This document shows positions 11,900 to 20,755 of a stretch of 64,000 bases of DNA, one piece after another (the stretch's first letter is position 1; every line of letters begins with the position of its first letter). Position numbers and translations under genes: made by a program. The DNA is taken from NCBI GenBank assembly GCA_002726655.1, contig PBRP01000034.1:19087-83086 (forward strand). Direction: 5' to 3'. The notes beneath the pieces are model-generated. The model searched no databases and was not told where the DNA came from. It saw only the letters and a list, made by a program, of their open reading frames with translations. Source of the DNA: Gammaproteobacteria bacterium (lineage in GTDB: Bacteria > Pseudomonadota > Gammaproteobacteria > Pseudomonadales > Azotimanducaceae).

Positions 11900-12808
11900 A
11901 TGCACTCAGCCATACTTTCGATCAAACAATTTGCGGCTTCTCTCCTTATCCGCCACCCCAAGATTCCTTTCTTGATCGCATTAACACGCCTTGACCGACC
12001 CATTGGAATCTACCTGCTATTGTGGCCAACACTCTGGGCGCTATGGATGGCTGCAGAAGGTTTTGCCGGTTGGCACCTTTTCCTGGTATTTACTTTGGGC
12101 ACCGTTCTTACCCGATCCGCTGGTTGCATCATCAATGACATAGCGGACAGGAATTTTGATGGACAGGTTAAACGAACAAGGGGCAGACCGCTGGTATCCG
12201 GGGATTTGGTCGTCCAGGAAGCATTCGTGTTCCTGGGAGCCATCACCTTCTGCGCATTCATACTGGTACTTAGCACTAACATCTATACGGTGGGCATCGC
12301 ATTTTTCGGCGCGGCCATCAGTGCAATCTACCCATTTATGAAACGCTACACCTACCTGCCACAGGTCATACTGGGCGTAGCCTTTTCCTGCGGCATACCC
12401 ATGGCTTTTACCGCGACGCATGGATCTATTCCGCAGGTTGCCTGGCTCCTTATCATTGCTAACCTTGTATGGACGGTAGCCTATGACACGCAATACGCTA
12501 TGGTGGATCGCGATGATGATATCCGCCTTGGGCTCAAGTCCTCGGCAATCCTGTTCGCAGAACTGGATAGGCTGGCGATAGGGATACTGCAGGTGACCTT
12601 CCTAGGTACACTTTTTCTGGTTGGGAGATCCGAGCAACTCACCTGGCCCTTTTACATCGGGCTTCTTATTGCCTCTGGATTCATCGTCTATCAGCAATTT
12701 CTAATCAGAAACCGTGAGCGGGAAGGGTGCTTCAATGCCTTTCTAAATAATCACCTAGTAGGGTTGAGTATTTTCCTGGGGCTATTCGTACACTACCTGC
12801 TTATTTGA
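11900..12808 (+). CDS. ubiA: 4-hydroxybenzoate polyprenyltransferase
   Basis: 302 aa. Contains TRLDRPIGIYLLLWPTLWALW, NDIADRNFDGQVKRTRGRPL and YDTQYAMVDRDDD, the UbiA prenyltransferase signatures. Confidence 0.9.
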   Translation: MHSAILSIKQFAASLLIRHPKIPFLIALTRLDRPIGIYLLLWPTLWALWMAAEGFAGWHLFLVFTLGTVLTRSAGCIINDIADRNFDGQVKRTRGRPLVSGDLVVQEAFVFLGAITFCAFILVLSTNIYTVGIAFFGAAISAIYPFMKRYTYLPQVILGVAFSCGIPMAFTATHGSIPQVAWLLIIANLVWTVAYDTQYAMVDRDDDIRLGLKSSAILFAELDRLAIGILQVTFLGTLFLVGRSEQLTWPFYIGLLIASGFIVYQQFLIRNREREGCFNAFLNNHLVGLSIFLGLFVHYLLI

Positions 12809-12867
12809 ATCTAGAAAATTAGTCTTATTCTGACACTAATTCGACGAATTTTAGTAGTTAGGGTTAT

Positions 12868-14403
12868 CTACCAGCGCCCATTCCCAGGGCGCATCATGCC
12901 TGGATCGAGCAGGATTGGGTACGTATCGCGGATCTTGCGATCCGTCTCTGAGTCTATCAGGTCAGGGTAGTGGGTACTGAGTAGCGCCTTTACTCGTTTG
13001 CCTGACTGCTGGCGAATATCAAGTGACCCGGCTGTTTCCCAGTCTTCAGGTGGACTTCGATCAGAAATTGCCGGGTACTCAAACGCCGACCGCATGAGCT
13101 CCAGTGTCTGGGGGTGACGCAGATAGTGACCATCCCCATGCACAACATCTGCTATGACATCAAGGGAAAGGGTTGAATCATCTACCTCAATTCCTCGCAC
13201 CGTGCGTAATATCGCACCAAGCATGTCGTTGTCTATTACCAGGGCTTCGAATGACAATGCCATCAGACCACCAACCATACCGGCAGATTCAGATACATTG
13301 TTACAACCTGCCTGTGAAGCCAGAGCAACGCTTATGCCCTTTTCAAACCCCGCCTGATTATCTGGAATCTTCGCATCGGTCATGCCCGCACCAATAGAAC
13401 TAACGAGGCCATAGTGATTTATCATCTGAGCCGCAGCCGCACTCACCAGTGCTTCCTCGCCACTACCCCCGGTAAAGGCTCCGGTACGCAGGTCTGTCAC
13501 AAAAGGCCAGGCTCCAACAATGACAGGATAGCCAGGTGACACCATGTCAACCAGCAACAGGCCGGCAAGGGCCTCAGCAACACATTGAACCAGAGCACCC
13601 GCAAGTGCCGCAGGTGCCGTTGCTCCAGCCTGTGGAGCGACTACGATCCATACGGGGGCCCCGAACTTAACCGACTCAACGCAGACTTCACTGTTGTCCC
13701 TGGCGTAGCGCAAGGGTGAAACGATCGGGCATCCACCACCATGGCAAAAGGGCCGGTCAAACCAGCGCTTTTCACTGCCAGCAATAGTTTTCAACATCTC
13801 CAGCGTCGGGTCTATGTGAGAGGCATTATTGAACGTCAAGGCAGTGTGTTTGGCCGTACCCGCCACACTGGCATAGGCCGTATTAATGTCACAGGCAAGT
13901 TGATCCTGAATTTCTGTGGCAACAATCAATCGGGAAAATGCGTGTATGTTATCGAGCCTGTCGATCAGCCTTGCCGCATCGTAGATGTCCAGTAGTGTTG
14001 AAGGCCGATAGATTTGTGAATCAGGGTCCAGCATGTTTACCGCTTCGCCGCCACCGTATGTATGCACGCTCTGGCCGCCCAATTTCAAATCATGTTGAGG
14101 CGTACGCCCGAAAAACTGCATTTCCTTGGGCGTATTGGCAATAACGTCTTCAACCAACGCCCGCGGAAAACAAAGCCGGCCATGTTCATTCATCCAGGCT
14201 CCGCGATTTACGGCTTTCTCCTGGAGAATAGGTATGGGATCTCCCATGCCAATGACCTCAAGTACTTCCAGCACCGCCTGGTTAATTCGTTCCAGATCCA
14301 GTTCGCCAAGCGGACGGTAATCGCCACCGCGCATACCGGCTGTAACGACTGCCCCGGATGGCTTTTTTTCCTGACTTCTTTTTCTACCTCGGCGCAAGGT
14401 CAT
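12868..14403 (-). CDS. MttB-superfamily (non-pyrrolysine) quaternary-amine:corrinoid methyltransferase, paralogue 1
   Basis: Uninterrupted ORF with no in-frame TAG, ending in the family-typical ...MRPGNGRW. Shares GGCPIVSPLR, APQAGATAPAALAG and FTGGSGEEAL blocks with paralogue 2. Start chosen at the internal Met (MTLRRGRKRS...); the ORF-track start is 14457. Confidence 0.85.
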   Translation of the reverse strand: MTLRRGRKRSQEKKPSGAVVTAGMRGGDYRPLGELDLERINQAVLEVLEVIGMGDPIPILQEKAVNRGAWMNEHGRLCFPRALVEDVIANTPKEMQFFGRTPQHDLKLGGQSVHTYGGGEAVNMLDPDSQIYRPSTLLDIYDAARLIDRLDNIHAFSRLIVATEIQDQLACDINTAYASVAGTAKHTALTFNNASHIDPTLEMLKTIAGSEKRWFDRPFCHGGGCPIVSPLRYARDNSEVCVESVKFGAPVWIVVAPQAGATAPAALAGALVQCVAEALAGLLLVDMVSPGYPVIVGAWPFVTDLRTGAFTGGSGEEALVSAAAAQMINHYGLVSSIGAGMTDAKIPDNQAGFEKGISVALASQAGCNNVSESAGMVGGLMALSFEALVIDNDMLGAILRTVRGIEVDDSTLSLDVIADVVHGDGHYLRHPQTLELMRSAFEYPAISDRSPPEDWETAGSLDIRQQSGKRVKALLSTHYPDLIDSETDRKIRDTYPILLDPGMMRPGNGRW

Positions 14404-14715
14404 CACCTCATTAGGGTCTAGCCGACTGCTGAAAAGCAGACTGTTAGACCGATACATGAATGTATCGGCCGCAAATCAACGAAGTAAGTTGTTGATTTAT
14501 CGCGAGCGGGCTGAGGCCCGCGACCCTGAAAAAGTGCAGGAAAGCACTATTTTAGCAACCCGTTATAGGTACTGACCATCGTTATAGTACATCTTCCCAC
14601 ACAAGAAGACCTTCATGTAGAATCCCAACCAATCCAGACTCTGCAGCACAAACCAATATGGCAACAGGGATCACTAACAAGGTTGGATATCCAACAAAGG
14701 GCATATCGCTTCACT

Positions 14716-16302
14716 ATGACTGAGTCACACAGCACTCGCCGGGACAGAAAACGCACAAAGCGTTCGGGTGGCCGCTCGGCACGCAGGAAGATCCGCAGCA
14801 ATACAAATGCCGCTAATGCCGTCAGGGCCGGTATGCCGGGAGGACAGTATCGACCTTTAACTGATAATGATATCAAGCGTATCTATGACACCGCACTCAA
14901 GATCCTGGAAGACATAGGCATTGGCGATCCGATTCCCGAAATCCTTCACTATGCCCTGCCCAAGGGCTGCACTCTGGACACCGACAACAGGTTGCGCTTC
15001 CCGCGCAGCCTGGTAGAAGATCTTATCGATGTTTCTGCCAAGGAATACGTGCTCCATTCTCAGGATCCTGTAAATGATCTTACGGTACGCGGCACTGATG
15101 TTCTTTTTGGCTCATCGGGTGAAGCCGTTTCTATACTTGATTATGAATCCCAGCGTTTCAGGCCAACACGCCTGGTCGATCTATACGATGCGAGCCGGCT
15201 GGCCGATCAACTAGAACACATTCACACCTTCGGTCAACCATTTATCGCGGCTGAATACAGTGGAAATGTCTATGTCCATAACATTAACATTGCCTACGCA
15301 CAGCTAGCCGGGACGCGGAAATCTTTCGCGCTTGGCATTGCTGAAGTCGACCATATAGAGACGTTGATCGCACTTTTTGACACTTATCTCGGCGAAGAGG
15401 GTGCTTTCTTAAAACGACCTTTTTGTACCTTTGGCGGATGCCCGATCGTATCACCACTGCGATTCGGTAAAGACAATGCCGAGGTACTGGTCAAGGTTGC
15501 GGAACTGGGTTTACACGTAGATGTGGCGGTCGCTCCCCAGGCAGGAGCGACTTCTCCTGCCGCATTGGCGGGAACCCTGGCGCAGTGCTTTGCTGAAACG
15601 CTTGCCTGTATGTGCGTGGTAAATCTGGTTCGACCCGGTACCGCCATCAATTTTGGTATGTGGCCCTTCATCTCAGATCTGCGTACCGGCGCCTTTACGG
15701 GTGGCAGCGGCGAGGAGGCGCTCGTCATGGCCGCGACAACACAACTCTGTAACCACTTCGGCTTTATTACCAGTGTCGGTGCAGGAATGACCGACTCAAA
15801 AACCATGGACGTTCAGGCTGGATACGAAAAGGCTCTGACCACAGTCACCGCGGCGCTCGCTGGATGCAATCTGATTGCAGCCTACCCTGGTATTGTAGGT
15901 AGCCTGATTGGCCAATCGTTTGAGGGCATGGTGATTGACAATGACATGATAGGTAACATACAGCGTATATTGAGAGGAATAGAGGTAACTGAAGAAACCC
16001 TGTCCTATGACGTGATCAAACAGACAGTTACAGGCGCCGGCCACTTTCTTGGAAGTCAGCAGACCCTTGAACTGATGGAGACAGAATACCTATACCCCAG
16101 CGTCGCTGACAGACTTGCTCCCGCGGCCTGGGAAGAACTGGGAAGTAAAACCCTATATGAAAAGGCTCATGATCGAGTAGGAAACATGCTAAATGACTAC
16201 TACCCACAGTACATCGACCCAAAAGTAGACGCCCGTATTCGTGAGAACTTTCCGATAAAACTAGATCCGATTGATATGAGACGCGGGAATGGGAGATGGT
16301 AA
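14716..16302 (+). CDS. MttB-superfamily (non-pyrrolysine) methyltransferase, paralogue 2
   Basis: Same blocks as paralogue 1 (GGCPIVSPLR, APQAGATSPAALAG, FTGGSGEEAL, ...RRGNGRW). Arg-rich N-terminal leader. Start at the internal Met 14716; the ORF-track start is 14683. Confidence 0.85.
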   Translation: MTESHSTRRDRKRTKRSGGRSARRKIRSNTNAANAVRAGMPGGQYRPLTDNDIKRIYDTALKILEDIGIGDPIPEILHYALPKGCTLDTDNRLRFPRSLVEDLIDVSAKEYVLHSQDPVNDLTVRGTDVLFGSSGEAVSILDYESQRFRPTRLVDLYDASRLADQLEHIHTFGQPFIAAEYSGNVYVHNINIAYAQLAGTRKSFALGIAEVDHIETLIALFDTYLGEEGAFLKRPFCTFGGCPIVSPLRFGKDNAEVLVKVAELGLHVDVAVAPQAGATSPAALAGTLAQCFAETLACMCVVNLVRPGTAINFGMWPFISDLRTGAFTGGSGEEALVMAATTQLCNHFGFITSVGAGMTDSKTMDVQAGYEKALTTVTAALAGCNLIAAYPGIVGSLIGQSFEGMVIDNDMIGNIQRILRGIEVTEETLSYDVIKQTVTGAGHFLGSQQTLELMETEYLYPSVADRLAPAAWEELGSKTLYEKAHDRVGNMLNDYYPQYIDPKVDARIRENFPIKLDPIDMRRGNGRW

Positions 16303-16383
16303 TCCCGGCTTGGATCCGAGCTAAGTTCTTGCTATTTTGAAACATCCTCGCGACTAACGAAGCAGTGGAATAGGAATAGGAAT

Positions 16384-17088
16384 ATGTCACAAGACAATGA
16401 AGAGCAGGACGAAGAGATCATTCTATCGGAGCTCAATGATGAAGAGCTGGTGGAACAGATATTCGACGATCTATACGATGGCCTTGCGGAGGAAATCGCT
16501 GAGGCGACTCAAATACTGCTTGACCGCGGATGGTCAGCCAAAAAGGTACTTGATGACGCGCTTGTCGGCGGCATGAATATCGTGGGTGTGGATTTTCGGG
16601 ACGGGATTCTGTTCGTACCGGAAGTCCTGCTATCGGCAAACGCCATGAAAGCCGGGATGAGCATTCTAAAGCCGATTCTTGCAGCGGCTGGTGCCAAGCC
16701 AGTGGGAAAGATGGTCATCGGTACTGTTAAGGGAGATATCCATGATATCGGCAAAAACCTGGTGGGTATGATGATGGAAGGCGCCGGGTTTGAAGTCATT
16801 GATATTGGTATTAACACGGACGTCGAAACCTACATCGAAACCCTTAACAGGGAGAATCCGGATATTCTAGGTATGTCAGCACTTCTGACCACAACCATGC
16901 CCTATATGAAAGTCGTCATCGACAGAATGCAGGAGCGCAATATTCGCGATAACTATATCGTCATGGTTGGCGGTGCTCCGCTAAACGAGGAGTTCGCCAA
17001 CGCGATGGGGGCTGATGCCTATTGCCGCGATGCAGCCACCGCTGTTGAGATAGCTAAAGATCTGGTGCAGAAACGACGTGCTGGCTGA
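16384..17088 (+). CDS. Corrinoid (cobalamin-binding) methyl-carrier protein
   Basis: 234 aa. Has the B12-binding DxHxxG motif (GDIHDIGKNLV), then SALLTTTMP and GGAPLN as in MtbC/MtgC/MetH cap plus Rossmann domains. The N-terminal roughly 40 aa are unusually acidic. Confidence 0.88.
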   Translation: MSQDNEEQDEEIILSELNDEELVEQIFDDLYDGLAEEIAEATQILLDRGWSAKKVLDDALVGGMNIVGVDFRDGILFVPEVLLSANAMKAGMSILKPILAAAGAKPVGKMVIGTVKGDIHDIGKNLVGMMMEGAGFEVIDIGINTDVETYIETLNRENPDILGMSALLTTTMPYMKVVIDRMQERNIRDNYIVMVGGAPLNEEFANAMGADAYCRDAATAVEIAKDLVQKRRAG

Positions 17089-17109
17089 ACCGGTCTTCAC
17101 AGTTTCCCA

Positions 17110-17721
17110 GTGAACAATTCTTCACCCCGTATATTGCTGATAGGGTGCGGTGCTATCGCCCAGGAACTGCTTGATTTGCAGCGTTGCAACGGCTGGGCAC
17201 ACATCAAATTGCAGTGTCTGCCAGCAGGATTGCACAATACACCGGAGAAAATACCCGACGCGGTTGGCGCGCTGGTTGAAAAGTGGCAAAGCCATTATGA
17301 ACAGATCCTGGTCGCCTACGCCGATTGTGGTACCGGCGGCCTGCTTGATGCCAAACTTGATGAATACGGTATTGAACGCCTGCCAGGAGCCCACTGTTAT
17401 GAGTTTTTTTCAGGCTCGGAAGTGTTCGACGGATTCTTAACTGAGGAAATAGGCACCTACTACCTAACAGATTTTCTCGTGCGCCATTTTGACCGGCTTA
17501 TCAAGGCAGGTCTGGGTCTGGATGTTCACCCTGAATTATTGCCTGTATATTTCAGCAACTACAAGCGGGTAATGTACCTGGCGCAGACACGTTCGCAAAA
17601 TCTATCACTGCTGGCCCGCGAACATGCCGAATATCTTGGACTTGACTACTGTGAGCACTATACGGGTCTCGCACCTTTGGGCAGGGCACTGACAGCAGAG
17701 TCAATTCTTGTGCAAAGCTAG
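17110..17721 (+). CDS. DUF1638 domain protein
   Basis: 203 aa, GTG start. The pattern ILLIGCGAI...CLPAGLHNTPEKI...ADCGTGG...YYLTDFL is what I recall for DUF1638, a family commonly embedded in corrinoid methyltransferase clusters. Confidence 0.6.
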   Translation: MNNSSPRILLIGCGAIAQELLDLQRCNGWAHIKLQCLPAGLHNTPEKIPDAVGALVEKWQSHYEQILVAYADCGTGGLLDAKLDEYGIERLPGAHCYEFFSGSEVFDGFLTEEIGTYYLTDFLVRHFDRLIKAGLGLDVHPELLPVYFSNYKRVMYLAQTRSQNLSLLAREHAEYLGLDYCEHYTGLAPLGRALTAESILVQS

Positions 17722-17780
17722 CGGCCATTTCCAATGAGCGCTGGCGATTTCCACCTTGAAGTACTCAGAAGGAATTCAGG

Positions 17781-18686
17781 ATGACTGACACGGTAATCAG
17801 TTCCGCAAAGAAAGAGGTAGTTATTGGCTTCGAGCAGCCCTTCGTTGTAATTGGAGAGCGAATTAATCCAACAGGACGGAAAATGCTGTCAGAAGAAATG
17901 AAGCTTGGCGACTATTCCCGTGTACAGACTGATGCTATAGCTCAGATCGAGGCGGGCGCTCAAGTACTGGACGTTAATGCCGGCATACCTCTGGCGGATG
18001 AACCGACAATACTGGCAGACTGTATCAAGCTCTTGCAGTCAATTAGCGATGTGCCCCTGTGTATCGATTCATCAATGGTCGAAGCTCTTGAAGCAGGGCT
18101 TGCGGTTTATCAGGGCAAGGCTCTCCTAAATTCGGTTACGGGTGAAGATGAGGTCCTGGAGCGGATATTGCCACTGGTTAAGAAATACGGATGTGCAGTC
18201 GTTGCCATCTGCAATGACGACACCGGCATATCAGAAGATATTGAGGTTCACTTTCAGGTTGCCAGGAAAATCATCGAGCGGGCATCGGACCATGGGATTG
18301 CCAGCAGTGATATTGTAGTCGATCCCCTGGTGATGCCCGTCGGTGCCATAGGTACCGCAGGCAGACAGGCAATGGCACTGGTAGAGCGATTAAGGTCCGA
18401 GTTGGGTGTTAACACCACTTGTGGGGCTTCAAATCTGAGTTTCGGCTTACCCAACCGCTCTGGTCTCAACGCTGCATTCATCAGTATGATAATGGGAAGC
18501 GGTATGACATCGGCTATTACCAACCCGCTAAAACCAGACCTGATGCAGGCAGTTAGAGGTGCTGATGTCGTGATGGGTCATGACTCTGAATGTGCCGCCT
18601 GGATTGAGTCGTATCGAGATCGCTCAGAAGGAGCAGCAGTGAAGCGGGGTAGGCGCGGTGGTCGACGCGCTCGCAGGGCCAAATAA
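17781..18686 (+). CDS. Methyltetrahydrofolate:corrinoid methyltransferase (pterin-binding, MtgA/AcsE/MtrH-like)
   Basis: 301 aa. Has a pterin-binding TIM-barrel pattern (IGERINPTGRK, LDVNAG, CIDSS, LNSVTGE, GASNLSFGLPNR). Arg-rich C-terminal tail. Confidence 0.82.
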   Translation: MTDTVISSAKKEVVIGFEQPFVVIGERINPTGRKMLSEEMKLGDYSRVQTDAIAQIEAGAQVLDVNAGIPLADEPTILADCIKLLQSISDVPLCIDSSMVEALEAGLAVYQGKALLNSVTGEDEVLERILPLVKKYGCAVVAICNDDTGISEDIEVHFQVARKIIERASDHGIASSDIVVDPLVMPVGAIGTAGRQAMALVERLRSELGVNTTCGASNLSFGLPNRSGLNAAFISMIMGSGMTSAITNPLKPDLMQAVRGADVVMGHDSECAAWIESYRDRSEGAAVKRGRRGGRRARRAK

Positions 18687-18719
18687 CCGACATAACTACC
18701 CAGGGGTGAATTGAGAATC

Positions 18720-20720
18720 ATGCCTACCGGCAAGGACCCGAAGATCATTTTTTCACCATCCGGCAAACGCGGACAATTTCCTGCTGGTACAAGCCTGTTG
18801 CAGGCAGCTCGCAAGCTGGGTGTCGACATTGATTCCGTTTGCGGCGGGCGAGGAACCTGTGGCCGTTGTCAGGTAACCGTCTCTGAGGGAGAGTTTTCAA
18901 AACATGGTATCGTTTCGAATACGGCACACCTATCGGATCAGAATGAAGCAGAATCCCGCAGCCGCGATAAACGAAAGCTAAGAGAAGGTCATCGCCTGAG
19001 CTGTCAAACCCAATTGCTCGGCGACATCGCCATTGACGTGCCGAGTACTAGCCAGATCCATCGCCAGCTTGTATGCAAAGACCACGAAGCCCGCGCGATT
19101 AGTATTAATCCCTCGGTACATGCCTTTTTCGTTGAAGTAGCCAGGCCAAGTTTGACAGACCCCACCGGTGACCTCGAACGGCTGATGGCAGCACTTGAGA
19201 AGGATTGGCAGCTTAGCAACCTGGTGTGTGACCTCGCCATAACACGTTCTTTGCCGGAAGTACTCAGGACCGCGAACTGGCAAGTCACAGTCGCAGTAAG
19301 AGGTTCAACTGAGATTGTTGCCGTCTCTGCAGGGTTGAAAGAATCTCTCTATGGTGTCGCTATTGACGTTGGCTCTACTACAATTGCGGCGCACCTCTGC
19401 GACCTGAGCAGTGGAGAAGTACTAGCTAGCGCTGGCCGCATGAATCCACAGATTCGGTATGGAGAGGATCTGATGAGCCGGGTTTCCTACATCATGTTAA
19501 ATTCGGGTGGGGAGGCTGAACTGATCAAGGCTGTGCGGGGGGCGATCTCAGAACTCCTGATCGAAACGACTGCCAAGGCCAGGTTGCGCCCGCTGGATAT
19601 CGTCGAAATAGTTATTGTCGGCAACCCAATCATGCAGCACCTGGTACTTGGCCTAAACCCAATTCATCTCGGTACCGCCCCCTTCACCCTGACAAGCGAC
19701 GCAGCCACCAGTGTCCGGGCACGTGATATTGGTATTGATATCAGCCCGGGAGGATATGCCTATGTTCTACCCTGTATAGCCGGCCATGTCGGTGCTGATG
19801 CGGCAGCGGTGTTACTCGCGGAAGCGCCCTATGATCGTGACGAAATTTCCCTGCTCATTGACGTCGGTACCAACGCTGAAATATTTCTCGGAAACCGTGA
19901 TCGCATACTTGCGGCATCCAGTCCCACAGGGCCAGCATTCGAGGGGGCACAGATCAGCTCTGGCCAAAGAGCGGCGCCCGGCGCGGTGGAAAGAGTTCGT
20001 ATTGACCACGACACGCTTGAACCCAGATTCAAGGTCGTAGGTTGTGACGTCTGGTCTGATGACGCTGCTTTTAACGATCAATTGCCTGTCACGGGTGTCA
20101 GCGGAATATGTGGTTCCGGAATAATTGAGGCAGTAGCGGAATTGTTTCTCGCAGGAGTAGTTAATGCTGAAGGAGTTATTACACCCGAAGCAGCAGCACG
20201 CTCGAAACGTATTGTCAGGCAGGAGCGAACATTCACCTACATCCTGGTTGAGGGTGAACCCGGTGTTCGCATCGAGCAAAACGATATCCGCGCAATCCAA
20301 CTGGCAAAGGCTGCTCTCTATGCAGGGGTTCGTTTGCTTATGGACAAGTTGGGCGTAACACGAGTGCAGCGGATACGACTTGCTGGAGCATTTGGTGCAA
20401 ATATCGATGTTAAGTACGCAATGATACTGGGTATGATTCCAGACTGTGACTTGTCGAATGTTTCTTCTGCCGGCAATGCTGCCGGGACCGGAGCGCGTAT
20501 CGCACTTCTAGATAGGCATGCCAGACAGCTCATAGAACAGCAGGTAAGGGCCATTGAAAAAATTGAAACTGCAGCAGAGGATAGCTTCCAGGATCACTAT
20601 GTTTCGGCCATGGGTATTCCACACCAGTTCGACCCGTTTACCGAGTTGCGCAAGCTTGTCGAAGTACCAATCACTAAACCGGCAACGACCGGTAGACGCC
20701 GAAGAAAACGAACTAGGTAG
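18720..20720 (+). CDS. RamA/ASKHA-type corrinoid reductive activase with N-terminal 2Fe-2S ferredoxin domain
   Basis: Plant-type ferredoxin motif CGGRGTCGRCQV...C near the N-terminus, followed by a large ASKHA (sugar-kinase/actin-like) domain (AIDVGSTTIAAH, LIDVGTNAEI, ICGSGIIEA). Arg-rich C-terminal tail. The ORF-track TTG start is at 18711. Confidence 0.82.
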   Translation: MPTGKDPKIIFSPSGKRGQFPAGTSLLQAARKLGVDIDSVCGGRGTCGRCQVTVSEGEFSKHGIVSNTAHLSDQNEAESRSRDKRKLREGHRLSCQTQLLGDIAIDVPSTSQIHRQLVCKDHEARAISINPSVHAFFVEVARPSLTDPTGDLERLMAALEKDWQLSNLVCDLAITRSLPEVLRTANWQVTVAVRGSTEIVAVSAGLKESLYGVAIDVGSTTIAAHLCDLSSGEVLASAGRMNPQIRYGEDLMSRVSYIMLNSGGEAELIKAVRGAISELLIETTAKARLRPLDIVEIVIVGNPIMQHLVLGLNPIHLGTAPFTLTSDAATSVRARDIGIDISPGGYAYVLPCIAGHVGADAAAVLLAEAPYDRDEISLLIDVGTNAEIFLGNRDRILAASSPTGPAFEGAQISSGQRAAPGAVERVRIDHDTLEPRFKVVGCDVWSDDAAFNDQLPVTGVSGICGSGIIEAVAELFLAGVVNAEGVITPEAAARSKRIVRQERTFTYILVEGEPGVRIEQNDIRAIQLAKAALYAGVRLLMDKLGVTRVQRIRLAGAFGANIDVKYAMILGMIPDCDLSNVSSAGNAAGTGARIALLDRHARQLIEQQVRAIEKIETAAEDSFQDHYVSAMGIPHQFDPFTELRKLVEVPITKPATTGRRRRKRTR

Positions 20721-20755
20721 GGTGCGCTGGATTACTAAATTGCACGGGAATCAAT

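Noticed and set aside
14716-14800. Arg-rich N-termini interpreted as twin-arginine (Tat) export signals
   Set aside because: No hydrophobic h-region or signal-peptidase site follows the basic stretch. The equivalent tails sit at the C-terminus in three of the proteins. The enzymes also need cytoplasmic corrinoid, THF and ATP-dependent activation.
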